The translations under genes and the position numbers were made by a program. Under the pieces are notes generated by a model, which saw only the letters and a program-made list of their open reading frames with translations, had not been told where the DNA came from and did no database searches. Of a stretch of 64,000 nucleotides of DNA, positions 39,112-48,910 are shown in pieces. Source of the DNA: an uncultured Verrucomicrobiae bacterium (GTDB lineage: Bacteria > Verrucomicrobiota > Verrucomicrobiia > Chthoniobacterales > UBA10450); contig CAVTMK010000003.1 of assembly GCA_963735805.1 (NCBI GenBank), positions 96,001-160,000 on the forward strand, given 5' to 3'. Position 1 is the first letter of the stretch. Each line of letters begins with the position of its first letter.

Positions 39112-39876
39112 GTGCGACTGTCGCGCAAATTTCAAAAGCTTTTTTCCCGCGATGCGGCAGAAAGCCTTTGGGAAAACACCTGTCGCTGGACTCATCCGGT
39201 GAATTCGCGGCATATTCTGGCTGGCATCGACCGGACGGAATTAGAAAGCCTGCGAGAACGTTATCCTCACCGACCGAATGCACGGAAGATCAACGCTTAC
39301 GAAGACGCGGCATATTGGATCGGTGTAAATGTTAAGCGCGCGCAGGATCTTTGGCTCGATCGTTCTCCACCTCTTGATATCTTGGACCTCGGCTGCGGCG
39401 CCGGTTACTTTCTTTACCTCTGCCAACTTTTTGGCCATGAAGGGCTCGGATTCGACACCGATGAGGATCCTTTCTTTCACGGGACAACCAAGTTCTTCAA
39501 CGTTCGGCGCGCCATTGGGCGCATCGAACCGCAAACGCCGTTGCCCGATCTCGGAAAAACATTCGATCTGGTGACTGGTCACCGGGTCTGTTTTCACCGG
39601 CTCGCACGCGCCGAAAACGGAGACTGGCTCGAATGGACGCCCGCCGATTGGAAATTTTTTATCAACGATATCCGAACACGATTTCTCAAGCCGGATGGGC
39701 GCCTGTTGCTGGAGTTTAATCCGCGGCCGGATGGGTCTTCATTTTTTACTGACGAACTACGCGCTTTTTTCAAGTCACGGGGCGCGCGAATTTTCCGTTG
39801 GAAAGCCCTGCTGGGAGTCGACCCAAATCAACGGCCAAAGTTCAAGAAAACGAAGCCAGTGACGAGTGACAAGTGA
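39112..39876 (+). CDS. Class I SAM-dependent methyltransferase
   Basis: ILDLGCGAG motif I, FDLV, LKPDGRLLL. Confidence 0.82.
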   Translation: MRLSRKFQKLFSRDAAESLWENTCRWTHPVNSRHILAGIDRTELESLRERYPHRPNARKINAYEDAAYWIGVNVKRAQDLWLDRSPPLDILDLGCGAGYFLYLCQLFGHEGLGFDTDEDPFFHGTTKFFNVRRAIGRIEPQTPLPDLGKTFDLVTGHRVCFHRLARAENGDWLEWTPADWKFFINDIRTRFLKPDGRLLLEFNPRPDGSSFFTDELRAFFKSRGARIFRWKALLGVDPNQRPKFKKTKPVTSDK

Positions 39877-39887
39877 CCGGTGACGAG
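39857..39887. repeat. Tandem heptamer array (NNGTGAC), left arm
   Basis: CAGTGAC GAGTGAC AAGTGAC CGGTGAC GAG. Confidence 0.85.
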
Positions 39888-39907
39888 ATTTCAGATACAA
39901 CGTAAGA

Positions 39908-40273
39908 ATGAAAACTCAGAGTTATAAGGATCTCGTCGTTTGGAAAAAGGGAATCGTTCTCGCGAGAATCACGTACCAGCTCACGCAACGGTTTCCGTCT
40001 GAAGAAAAGTTTGGTCTGATCGCTCAAATGCGGCGTTCTGCGGTATCAATACCATCCAACATCGCGGAAGGTCAGGCACGCCACACCACTGGCGAATTCA
40101 TACAGTTCCTTTCTCACGCTGAGGGATCTGTAGCAGAGCTCGACACGCACTTCATACTGAGCACAGAGCTTGGTTTCTGCGATAGTTCCGATGCCGCGGC
40201 GGCGTTTGAACTGCTAAACGAGCTGCGTCGGATGCTGAATGTGTTGCGCCGCAAGCTGTCGGAACGCCAATAA
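39908..40273 (+). CDS. Four-helix bundle protein (23S rRNA IVS protein / bAvd-like)
   Basis: SYKDLVVWKK, FPSEEKFGLIAQMRRSAVSIPSNIAEG, FLSHAEGSVAELDT. Confidence 0.92.
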   Translation: MKTQSYKDLVVWKKGIVLARITYQLTQRFPSEEKFGLIAQMRRSAVSIPSNIAEGQARHTTGEFIQFLSHAEGSVAELDTHFILSTELGFCDSSDAAAAFELLNELRRMLNVLRRKLSERQ

Positions 40274-40274
40274 G

Positions 40275-40326
40275 CTCGTCACTGGTCACTGGTCACTCGT
40301 CACCCCTCACTCGTCACTGTTCACTA
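40275..40326. repeat. Tandem heptamer array (GTCACTN), right arm, inverted relative to 39857-39887
   Basis: CTC GTCACTG GTCACTG GTCACTC GTCACCC CTCACTC GTCACTG TTCACTA. Confidence 0.88.
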
Positions 40327-41094
40327 CAACTTCCAGTCCGAACAATTCCACCCTAACAGCTGCTCGACCCTTGCGATGTCTTGCTCGAAGAAATTGTATA
40401 GAAAGACCTTTTCCTCCCAATTCATCGCCCGCTCGTAGGGCACGATATTTCTATCTTTACTGCGCACCGAACGGAGTGGTTCGAGATCGAGGAACGAAAA
40501 GATATCAGTGAGCGTTTCACGCTGCTTCTCCTTAAACTCTTCAAACTTTACCGCTTTGATTTGCTCGCGCGGAAAGAATTTGAACAGACGCGTCAATTGT
40601 TGTCCGTAAAATCCTCGATCCAAATAAGCAAAGCGGCGCGCCTCAGCCGGCGGCGCACCGGCGATACGTGTTCTCTCTTCTCGAAGAGCATCGAAAAAAT
40701 CCAGCGGCTCGCGGCCTCTGAATCGTTGCATGTTCCAGTGTGCGAAGGCACGGTCGACCGGATTTCGCAGGAGAATCAGCAATTTGATTTTGGGATTGTA
40801 TCTCCAAATCCTTTCCGCCGCCCGTTCGTGGTAAATGTAACTCGGCGTGCAATCACCAGCGATGGTTGATGGACCAAGCGGTGGATAATGTCTGTGTAGT
40901 TCGTCATAATCGACGTCGCCAGCGAACAGAGCGTCGTTATCAAAAAAATGTATTTCCTGCTGATCGCCCATGTTGATGTGCGGGTGTCTGCCTAGGAAAT
41001 AATGCAACGCGGTCGTACCGGATTTTTGGGCGCCGGCCAGAATAAAGTCCAGTCGCTCAATCTTTCTCGACTTGGTCTTCCACATCGTCATCAA
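40324..41094 (-). CDS. PAPS-dependent sulfotransferase
   Basis: 5'-PSB motif GAQKSGTT, EIHFF, TPSY, 3'-PB motif LRNPVDRAFA. Exact start uncertain. Confidence 0.88.
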   Translation of the reverse strand: MMTMWKTKSRKIERLDFILAGAQKSGTTALHYFLGRHPHINMGDQQEIHFFDNDALFAGDVDYDELHRHYPPLGPSTIAGDCTPSYIYHERAAERIWRYNPKIKLLILLRNPVDRAFAHWNMQRFRGREPLDFFDALREERTRIAGAPPAEARRFAYLDRGFYGQQLTRLFKFFPREQIKAVKFEEFKEKQRETLTDIFSFLDLEPLRSVRSKDRNIVPYERAMNWEEKVFLYNFFEQDIARVEQLLGWNCSDWKL

Positions 41095-41390
41095 TCAAGG
41101 ACGGCTAACCGCATTGCGCAATCGATCTCCGCTTATGTGAGAAACACGCGGTGCTGACATTGTCGAACTTTTTGTAACCGCCAGGTTCGGTTCCTTGTCT
41201 TAGGTAACGATGGCTGCTGCCTTCAAGGTCTTCACACGCGGGACGTTGACGTTCTTCGAGATTACAATCGTCGTTTTCTTCATTGCCTCACTTGTCGCAA
41301 TGGCTGCAGTCAGTTGCCTGACGGCGCGGAAAAGAAACCGTGCGCTCGAAATTCCAAGGGCGCTTACTGATCGGTTTCGCGCCGACCCGC

Positions 41391-41904
41391 GACGCGCAGG
41401 ATGAGATCAAAAAACAGGCATACTCAGACATCGCCAAAGCGCGTTTTGCACTCGAGGGCACGGGCAGTTACCCCGATGCGACCTTTACGCTTCGCCTTTC
41501 CTACGGGACCGTGCGCGGTTACGAACAGGATGGTAAACAAATTCCGGCGTTTACCGATTTCGCCGGTTTATACCAGCGTTCTGCGGAGCACGATAACAAA
41601 CCGCCGTTTGATTTGCCCAGGCAATGGATCGACAAGAAACCTGGCTTAAATCTGGCGACGCATTTCGATTTCGTTTCGGATGCAGATATTATCGGCGGCA
41701 ACAGCGGCAGCCCCGTCGTGGACAAGGCAAACGAATTCGTGGGCATTATTTTCGACGGTAACATCCAGTCTCTGGTCCTCGATGGCATTTACACCGACGC
41801 AAGCACGCGCCGTGTCGGTCGATTCCGCAGCCATCATCGAAGCACTCCGCAAAGTTTACGACGCCGGCGCGCTGGCGGATGAACTTGAAGCCGTGAAAAA
41901 ATAG
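41391..41904 (+). pseudogene. C-terminal fragment of an S46 dipeptidyl peptidase, frameshifted
   Basis: YPDATFTLRLSYG, DIIGGNSGSPV, GIIFDGN. A frameshift near 41798 continues QARAVSVDSAAIIEALRKVY to TAG 41904. The N-terminal majority is absent. Confidence 0.85.
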
Positions 41905-41913
41905 GGCCGGATC

Positions 41914-44376
41914 CTAGTGCGGCAGGTAATTGAGCAATTTGAGGATATCGGAGAAAACGCCCATCGCCGTGACATCTGCGCCTGCCCCCGGACCCTGAAC
42001 GACCAGAGGAGTACGCGAATAACGCTTGGTTGTGAATGCGATGATATTGTCGCTGCCTTTGGTAGCAGCGATGGGATGGTCGTGCGGAAACTCTTTGATT
42101 CCGGCGCACGCACGACCACCTTCGAGCGTGCCGACGTATCGCAGCGCTGCGTTGCGCGATTGCGCGCGTTTCAATCGTTCTGCCATTTCGCAATCGTGGT
42201 TAGCCAATGAGCTGAAAAGTCGGGGCGAAAATGGTCTCAGCGCCAAACTTCGAGGAACCAGGCTCTCCACATGGACGTCCGCGATTTCCATTTTCGATCC
42301 ACTTTGACGCCCGAGAATAAGCAACTTTCTGGCGACGTCTCGACCGGAGAGATCATCGCGCGGATCCGGCTCGGTCAGCCCGGTCTCGTAAGCTTTTCGC
42401 ACCAGGGTGCTGAATGGCATGCTCCCGTCAAAACTGTTGAACAGATAGCTTAGCGTGCCCGAGAAAATCCCCTCGACCTTACTAATCACGTCACCGCTCG
42501 CGATCAGGTCTCGCAATGTCGACATGATGGGGAGTCCCGCGCCAACGTTGGCTTCATCGAGAAAATACTTCTGTCGCTTTTGCAAAAGCTCCATGAGGGC
42601 CGCGTATTGTCGCCATGGCAACACGTTCGCGCGCTTGTTCGGCGTGATGATATGCAGATTCGCTCTGACAAAATCCGGATACGCCTTCACGATTGACTCG
42701 GCGGCTGTGCAATCAACTACCGCCGCGTCGGTCAGCTCCAGTTTCGCGATTTCTTTTGCCAGAACCGCTGGATCCATACGCCTTCGCGAAGCGGATAATC
42801 TCTCGCGCCAGCGTGCCAGATTGATGCCGTTACCCTCGAGCGCGAACCACTTGCTATTTGCCACACCAATCACGGTGACATCGAATCCACGGGCACGCAG
42901 ATAGGTGCCCTGCTCGTGGAGTTGTCGCAGTAGCGTTCCGCCAATATTTCCGACGCCGATCACGACAAGCGCGAGACGTTTTCGGACTTCGAAAAACGCC
43001 TGGTGGATAATATTCAGCGTACGCGCCCGCTGCGCCACATCGACGACGCAAGAGATGTTGCGCTCTGACGCGCCTTGGGCGATCGCGCTGATATTAATGT
43101 TATGCCGGCCAAGCGCTCCGAATACTTTGCCGGAGACGCCGGGGTGCCCTCTCATTTCATCGCCCACGACCGCAACGATCGCTTGATTTGGTTTTTCATC
43201 GAGCGACGTCAAATGGTTCTGGAATTCAAACCGAAATTCGTGACGCACAGCCGCAGTCGCTAAAGCGGCATCGCCCTCGCGGATGGCGAAACAAATCGTG
43301 TGTTCGGATGAGGCTTGGGAGATGAGGATCACATTGATACCGCCAGATGCCAGCGCACGAAATAATCGCTCGGCGATTCCGGGAACTCCGACCATGCTCA
43401 GGCCACGAATGGTGAGCAGCGTCAGTCCTGCGATTGAGCTGATCCCCTTCGCCAGTTGATCGCTATGACCGCGATCACCCGAAATGACCGTACCCGGCGC
43501 CTCTGGATGGAACGTATTCTTGATCAGAAGCGGAATCCGCTTGGCGACTGCCGGAGCAATGGAGGCGGGGTGAAGCACCGTCGCGCCGAAATACGACAAC
43601 TCCATCGCTTCTTCGTATGAAATCTGCGGCAAAACAAACGCAGCTTCGACCGCCTTCGGATCGGCGCTCAAGACGCCGTCAACATCCGTCCAAATCTCGA
43701 TCACGGAGGCGCCAAGAGCGGCGCCTATAATGGCCGCCGTGTAATCGGATCCATTGCGGCCGATTGTTGTAGTTTGGCCGTCAGTCGTCGATCCAACAAA
43801 TCCGGTCACGACAGGTATCGGCCAGCGGCGGCGAAGTCGGAACAGGTCTGCAAAGTACCCTCGCGCTGCGCGATTCGTTTTGTTAAAGATCACGTTCGCG
43901 TTCGTGAACTGGTCGTCCGTGACCACGAATTGTCGCGCGTCAACGAACCGCGCTGGACGAACTCGCGCAAGATGTGCCGCTACGATCAGCGCACACAGCC
44001 GTTCGCCGAAACTCCCAATTAGATCGAGGGCACGTGGCGAACTGTGACCTAAAAGCTGGACGCCGTGAAGGGCGTCATGCAAATCGCCGAGAAGTGCATC
44101 GACTTGCGATCGGATTCGGATACCTCGACGCCGACCGACCAGAGTGTCGACCGCCGAGCGGTGTCGGTCGGCAATTTTTCTCCACGCTGCCTCGTAACGC
44201 CGATCATTCTTTTCCGCCAACCGCGCACAATCAAGAAGCTGATTGGTCACGCCCTGAAAAGCAGAAAGCACTACGACGACCGGTCCCCGCCGCGCTTCCT
44301 CAAGAACGATCCTTGCGACATCTCGAATGCGATCGGTTGTGGCAAGCGAAGAACCGCCAAACTTAAGAATTTTCAT
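41914..44376 (-). CDS. thrA: Bifunctional aspartokinase/homoserine dehydrogenase I
   Basis: KFGGSS, GRNGSDY, WTDVDG, two ACT domains, GVGNIG, EANVGAGLP, GPGAG. Confidence 0.95.
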   Translation of the reverse strand: MKILKFGGSSLATTDRIRDVARIVLEEARRGPVVVVLSAFQGVTNQLLDCARLAEKNDRRYEAAWRKIADRHRSAVDTLVGRRRGIRIRSQVDALLGDLHDALHGVQLLGHSSPRALDLIGSFGERLCALIVAAHLARVRPARFVDARQFVVTDDQFTNANVIFNKTNRAARGYFADLFRLRRRWPIPVVTGFVGSTTDGQTTTIGRNGSDYTAAIIGAALGASVIEIWTDVDGVLSADPKAVEAAFVLPQISYEEAMELSYFGATVLHPASIAPAVAKRIPLLIKNTFHPEAPGTVISGDRGHSDQLAKGISSIAGLTLLTIRGLSMVGVPGIAERLFRALASGGINVILISQASSEHTICFAIREGDAALATAAVRHEFRFEFQNHLTSLDEKPNQAIVAVVGDEMRGHPGVSGKVFGALGRHNINISAIAQGASERNISCVVDVAQRARTLNIIHQAFFEVRKRLALVVIGVGNIGGTLLRQLHEQGTYLRARGFDVTVIGVANSKWFALEGNGINLARWRERLSASRRRMDPAVLAKEIAKLELTDAAVVDCTAAESIVKAYPDFVRANLHIITPNKRANVLPWRQYAALMELLQKRQKYFLDEANVGAGLPIMSTLRDLIASGDVISKVEGIFSGTLSYLFNSFDGSMPFSTLVRKAYETGLTEPDPRDDLSGRDVARKLLILGRQSGSKMEIADVHVESLVPRSLALRPFSPRLFSSLANHDCEMAERLKRAQSRNAALRYVGTLEGGRACAGIKEFPHDHPIAATKGSDNIIAFTTKRYSRTPLVVQGPGAGADVTAMGVFSDILKLLNYLPH

Positions 44377-44487
44377 ACCCTGAACCAATGTAGCCGCGAA
44401 TCTGGCGAGGGTCGTGTCCCGCCAGAAATTTTGTCGGTACACACTAACGAATTTCTATCGATACTCCGAGAGGAACCTATAACCCAC

Positions 44488-45279
44488 TTAGGGCAGTTGC
44501 TTAAGCAACTTTTTCCAGCGTGCCCAGGCTTCGTCGCGTGCCTTCTTGTCGCCTTCGCGAACTGCGGGATTAGATGGTTCGCCAGAACGCATGAAACCGT
44601 GGCCGGCGCCTTTGTAAATCACCGGTTCGTATGTTTTGCCGGCGGCTTTCATGAGCTCTTCACCCTTTGGAATAGTCGCGTTCACCCGCTCGTCGTTCTC
44701 GCCGTAAAAACCGTAAACCGGACACGCTATATTCGCGACATTTGATGCTTCGTCCGGCGCGGTCCCGTAGAACGAGTACGCAGCTTTTAGTTTTGGGTTC
44801 ATGTTTGCATACATGAACGTCCAGCCCCCACCCCGACAAAATCCACAGACTGCAAGCGTGCCGTTACATGCCGGAATTTTCAGGGCGTAATCAGACGTCG
44901 CGTCGAGAACTGCTTTCACCTGCTCCTGCGTCACGGCCGAGGTCGCTTTGCTCGCGCTGTCGGGATCTTCAAACTTTTGACCGTTGAGGAAATCGGGCGC
45001 AATTGCGATGACGCCATTTTCGGCCAACTCGTCGCACATGCTGCGCAGCCAATCAGTCAGGCCAAAAATTTCCTGAACGACCAGCACGGCAGGAGCTTTG
45101 TCTTTACGCTCAGGATAAACGACAAAGGCTTTAATCGTAGGGTCGCCTGACTTGATCTCGACCCATTCGCCGTGGCGTGGCGAATTGTTCAACCGGCCCT
45201 TGCCGAAATCTTTGTACTCCTGCGCGTGAATCAATGGCACAATAAGAATGAACGTCAGGGCGGAGATAATGCGTTTCAT
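44488..45279 (-). CDS. Dienelactone hydrolase family protein, secreted
   Basis: Signal peptide; QEIFGL, GFCRGG, GAGHGF. Confidence 0.9.
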   Translation of the reverse strand: MKRIISALTFILIVPLIHAQEYKDFGKGRLNNSPRHGEWVEIKSGDPTIKAFVVYPERKDKAPAVLVVQEIFGLTDWLRSMCDELAENGVIAIAPDFLNGQKFEDPDSASKATSAVTQEQVKAVLDATSDYALKIPACNGTLAVCGFCRGGGWTFMYANMNPKLKAAYSFYGTAPDEASNVANIACPVYGFYGENDERVNATIPKGEELMKAAGKTYEPVIYKGAGHGFMRSGEPSNPAVREGDKKARDEAWARWKKLLKQLP

Positions 45280-45327
45280 ACGACCGAGAAAGTTTCCGAC
45301 TTCGTTCGAAATGATAACGTGCTGATC

Positions 45328-45729
45328 CTACGTTGCAGGTGCTGAAGTCTTCTTAAACAAGGCATCGATGCTCCATTGCCCGGGCCCGTAAAAAATAGCG
45401 AAGAAAAAGAACCAGCAGTAAAACACTGCCGATTCGCCTTTGTTCACGATTGGAAAGAAGTGGTTCGGTGCGTGCACCATGAAGTAGGCGACTGCCATTT
45501 CGCCAGCCGCAAAAAAAGCAGCAATGCGCGTGAGAAATCCGAATGCAATGAGAAAACCACCGACAAGCTCGATGATTGCACCGATCCAGCTGAGCATATC
45601 TGTCGGCATGCCGTGACCACCCGGTGGGAAACTAAGAACCTTTTGACCCCCATGACAGGCGAACATAAGACCGATGACGAGTCGCGAGATACAATAAACC
45701 GGATCCGCAAATCGATTAAGAGCGTTCAT
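45328..45729 (-). CDS. DoxX family protein
   Basis: RLVIGLMFACHGGQK, ELVGG, GEMAVAYF, GPGQWSID. Confidence 0.9.
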   Translation of the reverse strand: MNALNRFADPVYCISRLVIGLMFACHGGQKVLSFPPGGHGMPTDMLSWIGAIIELVGGFLIAFGFLTRIAAFFAAGEMAVAYFMVHAPNHFFPIVNKGESAVFYCWFFFFAIFYGPGQWSIDALFKKTSAPAT

Positions 45730-45831
45730 AGCCGCGCAGGCTGAACGATTTCGAGCTGACATGTCAAGCTTTGCGTGACACAGACAACCGTGTTTGCCTT
45801 CAGTCGCACGCAGCCGTACCTGCCTCACGCG

Positions 45832-46674
45832 TTACGCCGCCTTCTTTGCAGGTTGCTTGCGTTTCCTGCGCGATTTCGTCGCCGCTTTTTTCTTCGTACC
45901 GGTTTGGTCCAGACTTTTCTGCAAAACGGAGACCAAATCGATTACCTTCGTCGGCTTGGGCGTTTTTTTGGGTTTCTCTTGAATTTCTTTTCCACCGGCT
46001 TCCACTTTTTCCTCAATCACTTCCATCAATGCTTCCCGGTAGTCGTCCTTGTATTTCTCGGGGTTCCACTTTGAGCTCATGCTATCGATAAGTGACTTGG
46101 CCATATTCATCTCCCGTTTACCCACCTCAGTCTTTTTTGGGACATGCAGCTTACCCGGATCCGCGAGTTCATCCGCGAAATGCATCAGTTCGAGAACTAG
46201 CACGCCGTCCTCCGGTTTTACCCCGGCGAGATATTCGCGCGTCTTGATTACAACCTTCGCAATGCCAACCTTGCCGCTATCCTTTAGCGCGTCGCGCAAG
46301 AGCGCATACGCCTTGTCGCCGCCTTTTTGCGGCTCCAGATAATACGGTTTATAGAAAAATATCGGATCGATCTCTTCCTGCTCCACGAAGTCTTGAATAT
46401 CGACTGTCTGCGTGGCTTCCAAATCGACCCGCTGAAAGTCTTCATCCTTCAAAATGACGTATTTTCCCTTCTCATATTCGTAGCCTTTTACGATTTGGTC
46501 CCAGGGAACTTCCTTGCCGTCCTTTTCGGCAACACGCTTGTAATTCACGGGACTCAAGTCGCTTTTGCGCAGCAAACGGAACTTGAATTCCTCGCGTCGG
46601 GTTGCGGGATATAGAGCGATCGGAATATTAACCAGGCCGAAACTGATGCTGCCTTTCCAAATTGCGCGCGCCAT
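45832..46674 (-). CDS. ku: Non-homologous end-joining protein Ku
   Basis: RAIWKGSISFGLVNIP, IVKGYE, KPYYLEP, basic C-tail. Confidence 0.96.
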   Translation of the reverse strand: MARAIWKGSISFGLVNIPIALYPATRREEFKFRLLRKSDLSPVNYKRVAEKDGKEVPWDQIVKGYEYEKGKYVILKDEDFQRVDLEATQTVDIQDFVEQEEIDPIFFYKPYYLEPQKGGDKAYALLRDALKDSGKVGIAKVVIKTREYLAGVKPEDGVLVLELMHFADELADPGKLHVPKKTEVGKREMNMAKSLIDSMSSKWNPEKYKDDYREALMEVIEEKVEAGGKEIQEKPKKTPKPTKVIDLVSVLQKSLDQTGTKKKAATKSRRKRKQPAKKAA

Positions 46675-46780
46675 ACAAGATTATTTCGCACGGCACGTGC
46701 ACGTTGCGCGCAGGCAAAAGGCCAATCCACCGAACAGCTGGGGTTGTTTTGCGATCAGTTAGCCTCAGGGAATTGCCAAT

Positions 46781-48019
46781 CTACGCGGCCACCTCGAGCT
46801 CTCGACGTGAAATGCCCCTCAATTCGAAAAGGCGAATTAATGTCTCTTCGATTAAGTTGTTCGGACACGATGCGCCGGCAGTGATCCCGATGACAGCGGG
46901 TCCGTTCGGCAACCAGAAATGCGACACCACTTCGCGCTTTTCGTGCAAGTTGTAATGCTTAACCTCCGTGGCCGAAACCAGGCGCGAAGCGTTGAGCACG
47001 AAATAGGTGGGCAATTTTTCTTCGCCCATCTCCGCCAGGTGCGATGTGTTCGAACTGTTATAACCGCCCACGACCAGCAGGAGATCCATTGGCACGTCGA
47101 GCAATTCACGCAACGCATCCTGCCGCTCTTGAGTGGCGCCGCAGATCGTGTCGAAGAATCGAAAACTTTTCTCTGCGAGCTCAGGCCCATCTCGATCGAG
47201 AATGGCTTGCCGAACGCGGCGCTGGACCTCTTCAGTCTCACCCCGCAACATGGTGGTTTGATTCGCGACACCGACAGTTTTCAGATGTACGTCCGGATCG
47301 AATCCGGGCGAATGTGCGCCCTTAAACTTTTCGAGAAAGGCGTGTTTATCGCCGCTGTGCCTGATATAGTCACAGACGTAATCGGTATCTTCGAGGGTTA
47401 AAACGACTACATAATGTCCGCTACCGTCACCAAGCGCGCGGGAGCTGGTCGCCTTGGTCTCTTCGTGTTCGGCTTTGCCGTGTATGATGGAAGTGACCGA
47501 TTCGCTCGCGTATTTACGCACCCGCTTCCAGACACTCATCACGTCTCCGCAGGTGGTATCGACAATTTGGCAGCCGCGATCCTTGATCTGTTGCTGGATC
47601 GATAGTTCGGTTCCGAACGCCGGGACAATCACAACGTCGTCGGGTCCTAGATCCGATATATCAGCTTCCTTGTTTTTGCCGGTCAGGTTCTTGATGCCTA
47701 ATGAGGCAATCTGGTGATTGACCTCCGGGTTGTGAATGATTTCGCCGACAATAAAAAGACTACGATCTTTGAAAACCTTGTGCGCGGCATATGCAAGATC
47801 GATCGCGCGTTCGACCCCGTAGCAAAAGCCAAACTCTTTCGCCAGGCGCACAGTGGTGTCGCCCACTGAAATGATGCCCCCCGCACGGCGCACTTTATCG
47901 ACAATATCGCTCCGATAGTGCGACTCGACCTGCTGCTGAACTGCTTCCATTACGGCGGGTGTGCGCAGATTCACTTTCTCACGGGCCGTTGTGCCGCTTG
48001 AAATGAGATTCGTGCTCAT
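46781..48019 (-). CDS. ispH: 4-hydroxy-3-methylbut-2-enyl diphosphate reductase
   Basis: FGFCYGVERA, EIIHNP, DTTC, HEET, NQTT, DTICGATQERQ, GGYNSSN, TAGASCP. Confidence 0.95.
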   Translation of the reverse strand: MSTNLISSGTTAREKVNLRTPAVMEAVQQQVESHYRSDIVDKVRRAGGIISVGDTTVRLAKEFGFCYGVERAIDLAYAAHKVFKDRSLFIVGEIIHNPEVNHQIASLGIKNLTGKNKEADISDLGPDDVVIVPAFGTELSIQQQIKDRGCQIVDTTCGDVMSVWKRVRKYASESVTSIIHGKAEHEETKATSSRALGDGSGHYVVVLTLEDTDYVCDYIRHSGDKHAFLEKFKGAHSPGFDPDVHLKTVGVANQTTMLRGETEEVQRRVRQAILDRDGPELAEKSFRFFDTICGATQERQDALRELLDVPMDLLLVVGGYNSSNTSHLAEMGEEKLPTYFVLNASRLVSATEVKHYNLHEKREVVSHFWLPNGPAVIGITAGASCPNNLIEETLIRLFELRGISRRELEVAA

Positions 48020-48028
48020 ACCATGGTT

Positions 48029-48119
48029 GTTATTCTCAGCGCAGCGAAGAATCTCAGAGGAGTTTGTTCAGGGAGCGTCGAAACAATGGCCAGAGATGTT
48101 TCGCTTCGCCCAACATGAC
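48029..48119. repeat. GTCA-type REP-like inverted doublet
   Basis: GTTATTCTCAGCGCAGCGAAGAATCTC (48029-55) is an imperfect inverted repeat of GAGATGTTTCGCTTCGCCCAACATGAC (48093-119). Confidence 0.65.
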
Positions 48120-48154
48120 ACGGCACAGCGCCGCAGGCAACGTTCCGCAGTCAC

Positions 48155-48811
48155 CTATTGAAGTAACGGTCCGTTCGGTTTTTGGAACCCAGCATCCGTA
48201 ATCATCAAGTGTGGATCGGGATCCGGCGTTTTGGAATCATCGACCCGCTGCACCTTTGGCCCAAGTGTTTCGTCCTCGGGTTGCGTATTAGCGATGTTTA
48301 CCGGCGTCCCAATCCGTACCAGTGCGAAAAATTTCGGCGCCGCTTCGCCTTTCAGCCGGATGCAGCCGTGTGTGCGGGGCGTTGGATGGACAAAACCCTG
48401 GTGAAAGCCGTACGCAGGCGCGAACTCACACCAGTATCCCATCGGGTAGCCCACGTAATGCCCGGGCCCGCCGCCAGTGGAAGGAACCACGCGATCGCCT
48501 TGCACGCTAAACCCGTACGATCCCGAACGTTTGTGCTCCTGTTTGGAGTAGATCTTGAAGTTGCCTTTTGGAGTCGGTTTGTCCGGCATCCCTACAGAAC
48601 ACGCCACCGCCATGAGACAACGGTCGCCTTCCATCACATAGATGTTTTCTTTCGAGAGCGAAACCAGCACGCGCACCTTGGACGGGTCATTCGGTTTGTA
48701 CGCCGTGACGTGGTAAGGTCCACCACTGGCCACCCCCCCTGTTTGACAACCAGTCAGCAGCAGGAGCGAACCACCAGCACAGAGCAAGAGTAATCGGGAG
48801 ATATGTCGCAT
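48155..48811 (-). CDS. L,D-transpeptidase (YkuD) lipoprotein
   Basis: Lipobox LTGC; TPKGNF, YGFHQG, THGCIRL. Confidence 0.9.
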   Translation of the reverse strand: MRHISRLLLLCAGGSLLLLTGCQTGGVASGGPYHVTAYKPNDPSKVRVLVSLSKENIYVMEGDRCLMAVACSVGMPDKPTPKGNFKIYSKQEHKRSGSYGFSVQGDRVVPSTGGGPGHYVGYPMGYWCEFAPAYGFHQGFVHPTPRTHGCIRLKGEAAPKFFALVRIGTPVNIANTQPEDETLGPKVQRVDDSKTPDPDPHLMITDAGFQKPNGPLLQ

Positions 48812-48910
48812 ATGTGCATACTGGATAAGATTGGACGGCGACTTGTCAACCGTATGACCTGGCCGAGAGATCATGTTTCACATCCTGGCAGGCATAGATT
48901 CTCCCTAATA

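Noticed and set aside
39908..40273. Diversity-generating retroelement or rRNA IVS
   Set aside because: No reverse transcriptase, no TR/VR pair and no rRNA sequence seen in the window.
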